Assembly (NCBI GenBank): GCA_964496765.1
Contig: CAZCAP010000013.1
Coordinates: forward strand, 1 to 21,558
Direction of reading: 5' to 3'
Source: an uncultured archaeon
GTDB lineage: Archaea; Iainarchaeota; Iainarchaeia; Iainarchaeales; CSSED10-239
Length of the DNA: 21,558 bases
The notes under the pieces were generated by a model, which was not told the DNA's origin, ran no database searches, and saw only the letters and a list, made by a program, of their open reading frames with translations. Position numbers and translations under genes: made by a program. Shown in pieces: positions 8,325-16,605 of the stretch. Each line of letters opens with the position of its first letter. Positions within the stretch are counted from its first letter, which is position 1.

Positions 8325-9440
8325 ATGAACATATTAAAATTACCCAAAATGAAAAAAAAAGATTATACAAAATATTTTTCAAATGATTATTTTGAAGCAA
8401 GAGATAAATTCATTAATCAAACAATGGAAAAAGGAATGCAATTATCTTCTGAGGAAATAATTGATGGACTTACCTGTGATATTGCAATTTCAGAAACTAA
8501 AAAAAAAGATAAGCTTTTAATATTTGTATCAGGAACCCATGGTGTTGAAGGATACATTGGTTCTGCGTTTCAATTAATGTTTCTTGATAGATATTTTGAT
8601 AAATTAAAAGAAAGTACATCCATTATGTTTATTCATGCGCTAAATCCATATGGATTAAATAATAATAGAAGAGTAAATGAAAATAATGTGGATATTAATA
8701 GAAACTTTTGTGAAGATTTTAATAATATTAAAATAAATCCAAAAATATTAGAAATAATTAAAACAAATGAAAAAATATTTGTTTCTGGGAATCCTAGAAA
8801 AAATAGATTATATGAAAATTATAAATTATATACAACCATATTAAAGTCAGTTATAAAAAATGGAATTGTACAGGCTGTTGAGGCTGGAGTAGTAGGACAA
8901 AATCTATACCCAAAAGGAGTAAACTATTCAGGAATCGCTCCAGAAAAATCTAATGAAGTATTTTCAAATGTAATTTCTAAAGTTACAGAAGGTTATAGTG
9001 AAGCAATATTAATTGACCTGCACACAGGAATAGGAAGAAAATATGAAATGAAAGGATCTACCTATCATCCAAAGAACTCTGATGAATTTAAACTGTGTAA
9101 AAAAATGGTTCACACACTTGCAAGCCACACTGGAATACATATATACAACACATATGCTCTTGGGAAAGGATTTTTAAGATCAACAAAAGCTAAAAAAAAT
9201 TATGAAATTCTTGTTGAGTTTGGAACCATATCAGATATTTCAAGCACATTATCTGCAAATTATTTAACACACCTACTGGTTGTAGAAAATCAAATTACAT
9301 TCTATGGTCCTACAAAAAAATTAGAGCGCATTAGAAAAAAAATGAAAAAAGCCTATTATCCACAGGAAACACTCTACAAAATGTTTTTGTCTAGGCAAGT
9401 AAACAAAATTGGAAAAAGATTATTAAAAATATGTAATTAA
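8325..9440 (+). CDS. DUF2817 / M14-like zinc carboxypeptidase or deacylase family protein
   Basis: 371 aa with 'LLIFVSGTHGVEGYIGSAFQ', 'FIHALNPYGLNNNRRVNENNVDINRNF', 'EAILIDLHTGIG', 'ILVEFGTISD'. Confidence 0.8.
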   Translation: MNILKLPKMKKKDYTKYFSNDYFEARDKFINQTMEKGMQLSSEEIIDGLTCDIAISETKKKDKLLIFVSGTHGVEGYIGSAFQLMFLDRYFDKLKESTSIMFIHALNPYGLNNNRRVNENNVDINRNFCEDFNNIKINPKILEIIKTNEKIFVSGNPRKNRLYENYKLYTTILKSVIKNGIVQAVEAGVVGQNLYPKGVNYSGIAPEKSNEVFSNVISKVTEGYSEAILIDLHTGIGRKYEMKGSTYHPKNSDEFKLCKKMVHTLASHTGIHIYNTYALGKGFLRSTKAKKNYEILVEFGTISDISSTLSANYLTHLLVVENQITFYGPTKKLERIRKKMKKAYYPQETLYKMFLSRQVNKIGKRLLKICN

Positions 9441-9441
9441 T

Positions 9442-9585
9442 CTATTTTGCATAGTGTGTATTAACTATACTTCCTTTTGCACTACCAAATGCACCGGTTG
9501 GTTTTTTTGGTTCTCTATTTGTGGGTTTTGCTTTTCGTGCACATCTACTTGGCGTTATTGTTTTTTGTCTTCTAAATGGTGGCAT
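9442..9585 (-). CDS. Tiny highly basic protein, 47 aa, absent from the supplied ORF track
   Basis: Hand-translated: MPPFRRQKTITPSRCARKAKPTNREPKKPTGAFGSAKGSIVNTHYAK*. Upstream GGATGTGA and a TATA-like TTTATAAATC. Confidence 0.6.
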   Translation of the reverse strand: MPPFRRQKTITPSRCARKAKPTNREPKKPTGAFGSAKGSIVNTHYAK

Positions 9586-9599
9586 AAAATCACATCCAT

Positions 9600-9638
9600 A
9601 AATCTTTATATCTAATTAGATATAATAAATAAAGATTT
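9600..9638. repeat. Nested inverted repeat in the 47-aa gene's promoter/leader
   Basis: Perfect 20-bp palindrome TTATATCTAATTAGATATAA (9606-9625), with outer arms AAATCTTTAT (9600-9609) and ATAAAGATTT (9629-9638). Confidence 0.85.
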
Positions 9639-9645
9639 ATAAACT
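9635..9645 (-). promoter_or_regulatory. Candidate TATA box for the 47-aa gene
   Basis: Minus strand 'AGTTTATAAATC', about 50-55 nt upstream of the ATG at 9585. Confidence 0.45.
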
Positions 9646-9717
9646 AATGGATTGCTAGGCAAAATAAAGTTATTTAAATTATTCCATTCCTATTCCTAAC
9701 AGAAAGAGTTGTTGATT

Positions 9718-10800
9718 ATGAATGAATATTTTATAAATTATCTAATTGATATAATTGTTTTGGCAATTGTTTATTTTCCACTAACTATATTTTCGTTCAA
9801 AAGATTATTTAAATACCTTAATTTAAAATACACAAAAGGAATATTGTATTTAATTATAAGTATATTTCTTTTGTTACCAATATCATTAATTATACAACAA
9901 ACATTAAACACAAGATTTACAATTACCTTATATTATTTAGCGTATCTGTTAATTGGAACAATGCTTTATTTCATGATATTTACTATTCTCCTAGAACTAA
10001 TCAGATTATTATTTAGATTTAAGAAAAAATATTATAAATATCTAGGATATGCAGTAATCATACTCACTCTTTTTGTAAGCATCTATTCCTATGTAAACAC
10101 ACTAAGCTACAAGGAAGAAACAATTATTATTACATCTCCAAAAATAGAACAGGATATTAGATTGGTTCAATTATCAGACATTCATTTATTTGGTGCTCAC
10201 TCAAAAACCAGATTCAATGAAATTTATTTGAAAGCAATAAATAAACATCCAGACTTTATTGTAATTACAGGGGACTTTTTTGATTACCCAGGAAAAATTT
10301 CAGAAGATACAGTAAACATTGTTAATGATTATAATATCCCTGTATTCTTTGTTTATGGAAATCATGATGTTATGGTTGGGGATGAAATTGTAGATAATAT
10401 TCTATATCAAACAAATATCATAACATTAAATAATGAAACCTATTCAATAGATGGAATTACGTTAACTGGTATTAAAGACAAGGATACAAAAACCTATCTT
10501 AATGATGCATTAAATAATATAGATATAAATAAAGATGAATATAACATTCTTTTAAATCACAAGCCACAGGAAGTAGATATTGCAAGTGAAAAGGGTTACG
10601 ATTTAATGTTATCAGGGCACACCCATGCTGGACAACTTTTTCCAATGAACCTAATTGAATACCTATTTAATCCCTATTTCAGAGGGCTATACGAGATTGG
10701 TGATCTGAAATTATATGTTAACCAGGGAACCTATGTTTGGGGATTTAAAATGAGAAACTTTTCAAGAAATGAAATAACAATATTTGAACTAAAAAAATAA
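9718..10800 (+). CDS. Membrane-anchored metallophosphoesterase (calcineurin-like, YkuE/YaeI type)
   Basis: Four N-terminal TM segments, then 'LVQLSDIHLFG', 'VITGDFFD', 'VYGNHDV', 'LLNHKP', 'LMLSGHTHAGQLFP'. The ATG at 9718 is preferred over the TTG at 9709. Confidence 0.9.
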   Translation: MNEYFINYLIDIIVLAIVYFPLTIFSFKRLFKYLNLKYTKGILYLIISIFLLLPISLIIQQTLNTRFTITLYYLAYLLIGTMLYFMIFTILLELIRLLFRFKKKYYKYLGYAVIILTLFVSIYSYVNTLSYKEETIIITSPKIEQDIRLVQLSDIHLFGAHSKTRFNEIYLKAINKHPDFIVITGDFFDYPGKISEDTVNIVNDYNIPVFFVYGNHDVMVGDEIVDNILYQTNIITLNNETYSIDGITLTGIKDKDTKTYLNDALNNIDINKDEYNILLNHKPQEVDIASEKGYDLMLSGHTHAGQLFPMNLIEYLFNPYFRGLYEIGDLKLYVNQGTYVWGFKMRNFSRNEITIFELKK

Positions 10801-10820
10801 ATCAATTGGCAGAAGATTAT

Positions 10821-11543
10821 ATGAAATTACTGGTTACAATTCCTGCAAGGAATGAAGGTGAAGAATTAAAAAAAAAGATGGCAAGATTATATAATTATCT
10901 AATTAGTAAAAAATTTGATTTCACACTTGAAATTGTTGATAGTGCATCAAACGACAATACCTACTTGATTGCGAAGGGTCTTACTAAAGAATACGCGAAT
11001 ATTAATTGCATATCTCTTAAAAAAAAAGGTAAATGGAGAGCAATTAAAGCATCCTGGAACAAAGCAGACAAAAAATATGATATTATCTCTTTTATGGATG
11101 CGGATTTAGCAACAGACATAACCTATTTTCCAAAATTAATAAAAGTAATTAATGAAGATGGTTATGATATAGCTATTGGCTCAAGATATTCTGTTGGTTC
11201 AAAAACAAAAAGAACCTTTTTAAGAAATCTTATTGGAAAGGGATTTATATTTCTTCAAAAAATCTTATTTAATACAAGCTACAAAGACTCCCAATGTGGG
11301 TTCAAAGCAATAAAACATGATAAATACAATTTAATTAAAAAGCACCTGAAAAATAATGAATTTGGAGGGGATATGGAATTGCTTATCATCTCTGAAAAAA
11401 TATATAAATATAAGATTAAATCAATTCCTGTTGCCTGGGAAGAACAAAAGAACACAACCATAAATTTTTGTAAAACAATAACTTCCTTCCTAAAAGATCT
11501 ATGGGTATTATTTTGGTTTATTAAAATTAAAAAAAATGAGTAA
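10821..11543 (+). CDS. Family 2 glycosyltransferase, polyprenyl-phosphate sugar synthase-like
   Basis: 'LLVTIPARNEGEEL', 'IVDSASNDNT', 'ISFMDADLATD', 'IGSRYSVGS..KRTFLRNLIGKGFIFLQKILFNTSYKDSQCGFKAIK'. The ATG start at 10821 replaces the TTG in the track. Confidence 0.9.
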   Translation: MKLLVTIPARNEGEELKKKMARLYNYLISKKFDFTLEIVDSASNDNTYLIAKGLTKEYANINCISLKKKGKWRAIKASWNKADKKYDIISFMDADLATDITYFPKLIKVINEDGYDIAIGSRYSVGSKTKRTFLRNLIGKGFIFLQKILFNTSYKDSQCGFKAIKHDKYNLIKKHLKNNEFGGDMELLIISEKIYKYKIKSIPVAWEEQKNTTINFCKTITSFLKDLWVLFWFIKIKKNE

Positions 11544-11545
11544 TA

Positions 11546-11971
11546 ATGATAATAAAATATATTAAAAAAATATTAAGTAAACTACCTTTCTTTAAAAGAA
11601 TTGAATTGATGTTTGATTATGCAACCATATCTTTATTTGCAACAATAGTCGATGTACTTCTATTGTATGCATTAACTGAATTTTTAAATATTAATTATCT
11701 AGTATCAGCAACCATTTCCTATTGTACAGGATTATTGATTTCATTTTATTTACAAAAAACATATACGTTTAAGGAACAGCACACAAAAAGAATACACCTT
11801 CAGTTTACTAAATTCACAATCATTTCTCTTATTGGATTATTGTTAAACCTAATTATTTTAAAGGTATTTGTAGAGATAGGTGTTTGGTATATATTTGCAA
11901 AAATAATTGCAATAATTATTGTTTTCTTTTGGAACTATTTAATAAATAAAAGAATAACCTTCAAAAAATAA
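11546..11971 (+). CDS. GtrA-like family membrane protein
   Basis: 141 aa with four TM helices. 'FDYATISLFATIVDVLLLYALTEFL', 'SYCTGLLISFYLQKTYTF', 'FFWNYLINKRITF'. Confidence 0.87.
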   Translation: MIIKYIKKILSKLPFFKRIELMFDYATISLFATIVDVLLLYALTEFLNINYLVSATISYCTGLLISFYLQKTYTFKEQHTKRIHLQFTKFTIISLIGLLLNLIILKVFVEIGVWYIFAKIIAIIIVFFWNYLINKRITFKK

Positions 11972-12721
11972 CTATAATTTTAATGTTCTTCTTGGTTTTG
12001 GCTTTCGTTCAACCTTTTTTATGGGTTTTGGTTCTTTGTTTGGAACAAAGGCTTTCTTTAGATGCTCTTCAAATCTAGTTATTATCTTTGCTGTTCTTGG
12101 TTTCTTTGATGATAGAATATATATTTTTTCATCAAAATACATGTTTCTTACTGTCCCATACACTCCAAGCATATTAGTATAATGGTTAATTCTTATTTGT
12201 GACATTCTAAGTTCATGTTTAATATCTTTTATTTTTCCAGTAAGTTCGTTTTTGTGAGTAGAGGTGAGAAATTGGCTCTCCAGTATTTCTAATTGCTTTT
12301 CAAGTCTTATTTCTTCTTTTTTAAAAACGCCTCTAGTTTCCTTCCATCCTTTTATCTCATGGACCAATGATTCATTAAACTTCAATTCATAGCCTTGCTT
12401 AATAAAAGGGGTTGATGCAAAAATTAGTGCTTCAAAAACAGGCTCAGTCCATGGTCTTTCATACCTGGATGTACTTTCACCAAGTTTAACCCCCTGTACT
12501 AGCCCAATTTTTATATTCTTATTTTCAACAAAATAGTTAACAACACCTATTGGTTCATTTTTATAATAGGTTACAAGCATAACTTCTGATGGTCTATGTA
12601 CATGATAGGTATCACCAACAGGAAACTTCCAATCAGTTAATGCTTTTATTGATACGTCCTTTGGGTGTGGTGTACTAATTATTATGTTTCTTATATTTCT
12701 TGCAACATTCACTTTATTCAT
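11972..12721 (-). CDS. Hypothetical protein; possible N-terminal acetyltransferase-like domain plus coiled coil and basic tail
   Basis: 249 aa. 'EVMLVTYYKNEPIGVVNYF...IKIGLVQG' loosely GNAT-like. Charged helical middle, C-terminal 'KPIKKVERKPKPRRTLKL'. Confidence 0.5.
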   Translation of the reverse strand: MNKVNVARNIRNIIISTPHPKDVSIKALTDWKFPVGDTYHVHRPSEVMLVTYYKNEPIGVVNYFVENKNIKIGLVQGVKLGESTSRYERPWTEPVFEALIFASTPFIKQGYELKFNESLVHEIKGWKETRGVFKKEEIRLEKQLEILESQFLTSTHKNELTGKIKDIKHELRMSQIRINHYTNMLGVYGTVRNMYFDEKIYILSSKKPRTAKIITRFEEHLKKAFVPNKEPKPIKKVERKPKPRRTLKL

Positions 12722-12728
12722 AGATATC

Positions 12729-13184
12729 TTATTTTATCTCAATCTTTAATTCAAGTATGTTATTATTGTGTGTAACTTCTAAACTTTCTTTTTTAACTGG
12801 GATTTTAAAATGAAATTCTTTATAGAAGGAAATATCATTTCCTGCAATTATTAAAACATTTCTATCCTCTTCAATATCAAATACAAGATTATTTATTGAA
12901 TAGGGTAGAAAAAAGGTTAAATAAAGATATTTATCTTCAACAACTATGGAATCAAGATCTTCATACACTTCTGTGAAAATGTCACCCATTCCAATTCCAT
13001 TTAATTCATCCATAATATCATCTGGTTCTTTCATAAACTGAATATTCATTGAAACAGGCATATCCTTATTTAACTTTTTGAATTCTAAAAGGTTTTTAAA
13101 AACCTGTTTTATGGACTCATCAATGAAATCCATGTTCTTCTTTATATTGTTCTTTTTTGGTTCAGATGTGTTTTTTTCAATCAT
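12729..13184 (-). CDS. Putative Hsp20/alpha-crystallin-fold protein
   Basis: C-terminal 'VVEDKYLYLTFFLPYSINNLVFDIEEDRNVLIIAGNDISFYKEFHFKIPV...EVTHNNNILELKIEIK' has the Hsp20/CS beta-sandwich pattern. Confidence 0.55.
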   Translation of the reverse strand: MIEKNTSEPKKNNIKKNMDFIDESIKQVFKNLLEFKKLNKDMPVSMNIQFMKEPDDIMDELNGIGMGDIFTEVYEDLDSIVVEDKYLYLTFFLPYSINNLVFDIEEDRNVLIIAGNDISFYKEFHFKIPVKKESLEVTHNNNILELKIEIK

Positions 13185-13861
13185 TTAAATCCACTTAATT
13201 TCTTTTGATAAAGTTCTTTCATGACTCTATCTATGGTTTCCCAATGGGTCCTAGCAAATGAAGGTAGCTCTTTATGTTTTAAAATATATGTTTTTAGGTA
13301 CTCTATTGTTTTTGGATCACTGGAGTAACCAGAAAGATCTCCAATAAGCTCATGTATGAGCTTATCTCTCACAACCTTTGCTAAAATTGAGGCGCAGGAA
13401 ACAGAAACATGATTAACATCTGCCTTATGCTCAGATATTATATTTAGTTTTTTTGTATGTTTATATTTTTTCCTTTTAAGATCATCTAAAATTCTTTTTT
13501 TGAATTTCTCAGGAACTGTATCAGGAGAATCAACAACAATCTCTGACATCTCTGTTTTTAGATTAAAAATCATTTCACTTGCTTTTTGAGCTTCAATCTC
13601 ATTCAAAGAATAGTGGTTCATTAGGACATTTAACTCTTCTGCAGGAACTACAATTATTTTATACTCCTCTGCTTCTTTTTTTATAATTTCTGCAAGCTCT
13701 TCTCTCTTTTTTGGGGCAATAAGTTTAGAATCACGACACCCAATTCCCTTGAAAAAATCCTGTTTAGCCCTATCAATAACACAGATGCACATTACCATTG
13801 GCCCAAGAACACATCCTCTACCAGCTTCATCCATTCCTGCAGTAAATACTTGTTTGTTCAT
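13181..13861 (-). CDS. rnhB: Ribonuclease HII
   Basis: 226 aa with 'AGMDEAGRGCVLGPMV', 'DSKLIAPKKREEL', 'HKADVNHVSVSCASILAKVVRD', 'GYSSDPKT'. Confidence 0.95.
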   Translation of the reverse strand: MNKQVFTAGMDEAGRGCVLGPMVMCICVIDRAKQDFFKGIGCRDSKLIAPKKREELAEIIKKEAEEYKIIVVPAEELNVLMNHYSLNEIEAQKASEMIFNLKTEMSEIVVDSPDTVPEKFKKRILDDLKRKKYKHTKKLNIISEHKADVNHVSVSCASILAKVVRDKLIHELIGDLSGYSSDPKTIEYLKTYILKHKELPSFARTHWETIDRVMKELYQKKLSGFK

Positions 13862-13992
13862 ATATTTTCAATTACTCATGTTAATCCTATTACATAAGTA
13901 CTTAACAATTACCTTTTAAAAGAATTTGTATATATATTATATATAAAAAAACAACTAATTTTATGTTTTTATATTAAATTAAAGGTGAAAAT

Positions 13993-14256
13993 ATGATTGG
14001 AACAATACACAATAATAGAAGAGGAATATCAAAGATACATCCTAGTCAGTTTCTTATAAAGATGGATGATGAAAAGTATTCAACAAGTGCAGCAGTTGCT
14101 CCATTGTTTGGAAGAAAGGTTATCTATAAGACTATTAGTGGAAAAACAATAACAGGAAAGATAACTGGATCCCATGGTAATAAAGGAGTAGTAAAAGTTT
14201 CTTTTGAAAGATTACTTCCAGGAACAGCAGTTGGAGAAAAAATAGAGATTAAATAA
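13993..14256 (+). CDS. rpl35ae: Ribosomal protein L35Ae (eL33)
   Basis: 87 aa with 'IGTIHNNRRGISKIHPSQFLIKMD', 'AAVAPLFGRKVIYKT..GKTITGKITGSHGNKGVVKVSFERLLPGTAVGEKIEI'. Confidence 0.92.
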   Translation: MIGTIHNNRRGISKIHPSQFLIKMDDEKYSTSAAVAPLFGRKVIYKTISGKTITGKITGSHGNKGVVKVSFERLLPGTAVGEKIEIK

Positions 14257-14278
14257 TTTTTATTTAATCTTTTCTAAT

Positions 14279-14905
14279 TTATTTATTATCAACATCTTCA
14301 AAAGAAGTTAATTTTCTAAATTTAGGCGCATCAGATTCTTTGTCCTTATCATCTGTTTTTGGTTCAGAAGTTCCAGAACCAAGGTCAACAAGAGTAGTTG
14401 CTTCTGATTCCTTTACAATTTCATCTCTTCTAACTTTTCTTTCCTCGTCTTTTACATTATCAATTGTGTTATCAATCACAAGTGATTTCTTTTTCTCAGA
14501 AACAGCAAGTGGTTCTGTAATATTTTCTACAATTAAAGACATGTCCTCGTGAGCCTTTTCTTTGATTGGTTCTGGTTCTTTCACAAAGGTTTGCGGTTTA
14601 ATTATTGGAGCTGGCTTAATTTGTGGAGCAGTACTTCCAGGAACAAACGTATTTGTAACATTGGAAGTAGCTTTAGGAATATCTTTTGATGGAATAATTT
14701 CTTTTTTACTTAAAATTAATCCAAATACAAGATACTTAAAGATCATAAACAAAAGAATAAAAGATACTAGAAAAGTAATTATTAGTAAAGCAATTATTGG
14801 CAATCCAAATAAAGGATTAGTTGATGCATTAAAATATGCATAAATGGTTCCTATCATAGCCAATACAAAGGATATTATTATTGAATTAAAATCACTTTTT
14901 TTCAT
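14279..14905 (-). CDS. Hypothetical membrane-anchored protein with long disordered tail
   Basis: 208 aa. Two N-terminal TM segments followed by a Pro/Lys/Glu/Asp-rich tail. Confidence 0.65.
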   Translation of the reverse strand: MKKSDFNSIIISFVLAMIGTIYAYFNASTNPLFGLPIIALLIITFLVSFILLFMIFKYLVFGLILSKKEIIPSKDIPKATSNVTNTFVPGSTAPQIKPAPIIKPQTFVKEPEPIKEKAHEDMSLIVENITEPLAVSEKKKSLVIDNTIDNVKDEERKVRRDEIVKESEATTLVDLGSGTSEPKTDDKDKESDAPKFRKLTSFEDVDNK

Positions 14906-15027
14906 TATAAATCACGTTTATTTTAATTATTAATATAGCTTCAAACTATTTATAAATGGTAATATACTATAAAATATATATTGAATACATTAAAAAAACT
15001 TATTATTTCAAAAAACGCTGATAAGAT

Positions 15028-15798
15028 ATGCAAATTAATAAAAATGAAGTGCTAAAGATAACAAAAGAAAAGATAAAAGAGGAATTAACATCCCCTGATC
15101 AGAAAATCATAGCATTATCTTTGCTTTCAGAGAAAATACCAAATAATCTTAATGAATTATTCGAAGCACTAAGAATAATTACTGATCTTGAATATCCTAT
15201 GCTTGATTCTATTCTATCCATTAAAGAATATTGTTTAGTTTATAATCTAGAGGAAATAAATGATAAAAGTCTTGAAAAAGTTGGATTGGATAAAAAAAGA
15301 ATTAACCAAATCACGACTATTGTAGATTCTGAAGTTGGAATTAAATTAACAGATAAGGAAAGAAAATTAACTAAATCCCTTTCAAGCAATATACTTAACC
15401 TAATTGAAATTAAAGAAGCATTAGCAAAGGATATTGAAAAAATATTAGTGGAAACCTACCCTTGTTTTACAAAGATTGCAAGCCCACAAATAGCAACAAA
15501 AATGCTAACTATTGCAGGTGGGGTATCAAGGCTTTCAAGATTTCCAGCATCAACAATTCAACTTCTTGGATCAGAGAAATCTTTTTTTAAAGCTCTTGCC
15601 CAAAACAAGAACACTCCTAAGTATGGGGTTCTTTTCAATCATCCGCTTATTATTTCTCTTCCTGCTAAGCAGAAAGGAAAGATTGCAAGAATAATTGCAT
15701 CTAAGATAGTTATTGCAATCAAGTCTGATCTTGCTGGAAAAGATATATCTAAAGAACTTCTTGAAAAAATAAATTATAAAATTAAAAATACAAAGTGA
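15028..15798 (+). CDS. nop5: Nop5-like C/D box sRNP core protein (NOP domain)
   Basis: 'ASPQIATKMLTIAGGVSRLSRFPASTIQLLGSEKSFFKAL...TPKYGVLFNHPLIISLPAKQKGKIARIIASKIVIAIKSD' is the NOP-domain signature, followed downstream by fibrillarin. Confidence 0.92.
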   Translation: MQINKNEVLKITKEKIKEELTSPDQKIIALSLLSEKIPNNLNELFEALRIITDLEYPMLDSILSIKEYCLVYNLEEINDKSLEKVGLDKKRINQITTIVDSEVGIKLTDKERKLTKSLSSNILNLIEIKEALAKDIEKILVETYPCFTKIASPQIATKMLTIAGGVSRLSRFPASTIQLLGSEKSFFKALAQNKNTPKYGVLFNHPLIISLPAKQKGKIARIIASKIVIAIKSDLAGKDISKELLEKINYKIKNTK

Positions 15799-15802
15799 TT
15801 AT

Positions 15803-16597
15803 ATGGGAAAAATAGCAAATCCTAGATCCAAACCAAAAAAGTTTGGAATGGAAAGAGTACAGCAAAAAATAATCAATAGAAAATTAAAAAATCCAGATAT
15901 TAATAAACGTCAACAAGCAAAACTATTAAATTGTGAGTTCACTGAAAAATTTGCTGGAGGAAGTGATCCAAGAAAATATTCAAGAGGTAGAGGATATCAG
16001 GAATATAATCACATGATTCAATTTCTTAGCCAGAGTTCAGAGTTCAAAACAAAAAGTATATTACATATGCTTGCAGAATATTCGAAGACTCATCATAAAA
16101 AAGTTATAAAGATTCTTGATGAGGGTGCAGGGAGAGGAGCCTTCCTAACAGGATTAAAGGACATGTGGGGAACATTTAAAAAGATTGAAGGCGTCAACTC
16201 AAAACTCGAAACAACTGCAATAGTTCTTGATGTGGAAGATTTAAAACGAACAAAAATAGATCACGCATATGGGGGAGATGTAAATGGATATGTTCCTAAA
16301 GAAAAATTTGATTTCATATTTTCTGTTTTTGGAGGTTTTACATATACAACTCCTAAATTACAAAGAGAAGTTCTACTAAAGCACCTTTATTCTCTTGAAA
16401 AAGGAGGCTATGGCTTTTTTGGATTTTCTTCAGAACACAAAAAAGAATATACTGATATTTTTGTTAGAAAACTAGAAAAAATAGGATTTAAAGCAGAATA
16501 TAAAGATTATAATAATAATCAGCATAAAGAAACAAGAGCAAAATTTATTGAAGAAAACCTACCACGACAATATTTAATTGTTAAAAGAATAAAATAA
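15803..16597 (+). CDS. Class I SAM-dependent methyltransferase-like protein
   Basis: 264 aa. 'VIKILDEGAGRGAFLTGLKDMW' (motif I), 'FDFIFSVFGGFTYTT', 'LYSLEKGGYGFFGF'. Basic N-terminal extension. Confidence 0.75.
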   Translation: MGKIANPRSKPKKFGMERVQQKIINRKLKNPDINKRQQAKLLNCEFTEKFAGGSDPRKYSRGRGYQEYNHMIQFLSQSSEFKTKSILHMLAEYSKTHHKKVIKILDEGAGRGAFLTGLKDMWGTFKKIEGVNSKLETTAIVLDVEDLKRTKIDHAYGGDVNGYVPKEKFDFIFSVFGGFTYTTPKLQREVLLKHLYSLEKGGYGFFGFSSEHKKEYTDIFVRKLEKIGFKAEYKDYNNNQHKETRAKFIEENLPRQYLIVKRIK

Positions 16598-16605
16598 GAT
16601 AAAAT

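Noticed and set aside
14340-14843. Plus-strand ORFs opposite the 14279-14905 membrane protein
   Set aside because: No motifs; the minus ORF is longer, has a sensible TM plus tail architecture and a full start-to-stop span.
14906-15027. C/D box sRNA gene upstream of nop5
   Set aside because: I looked by eye for RUGAUGA plus CUGA pairs in the intergenic gaps and found no convincing set. A covariance or snoRNA scan would be needed to rule it out.
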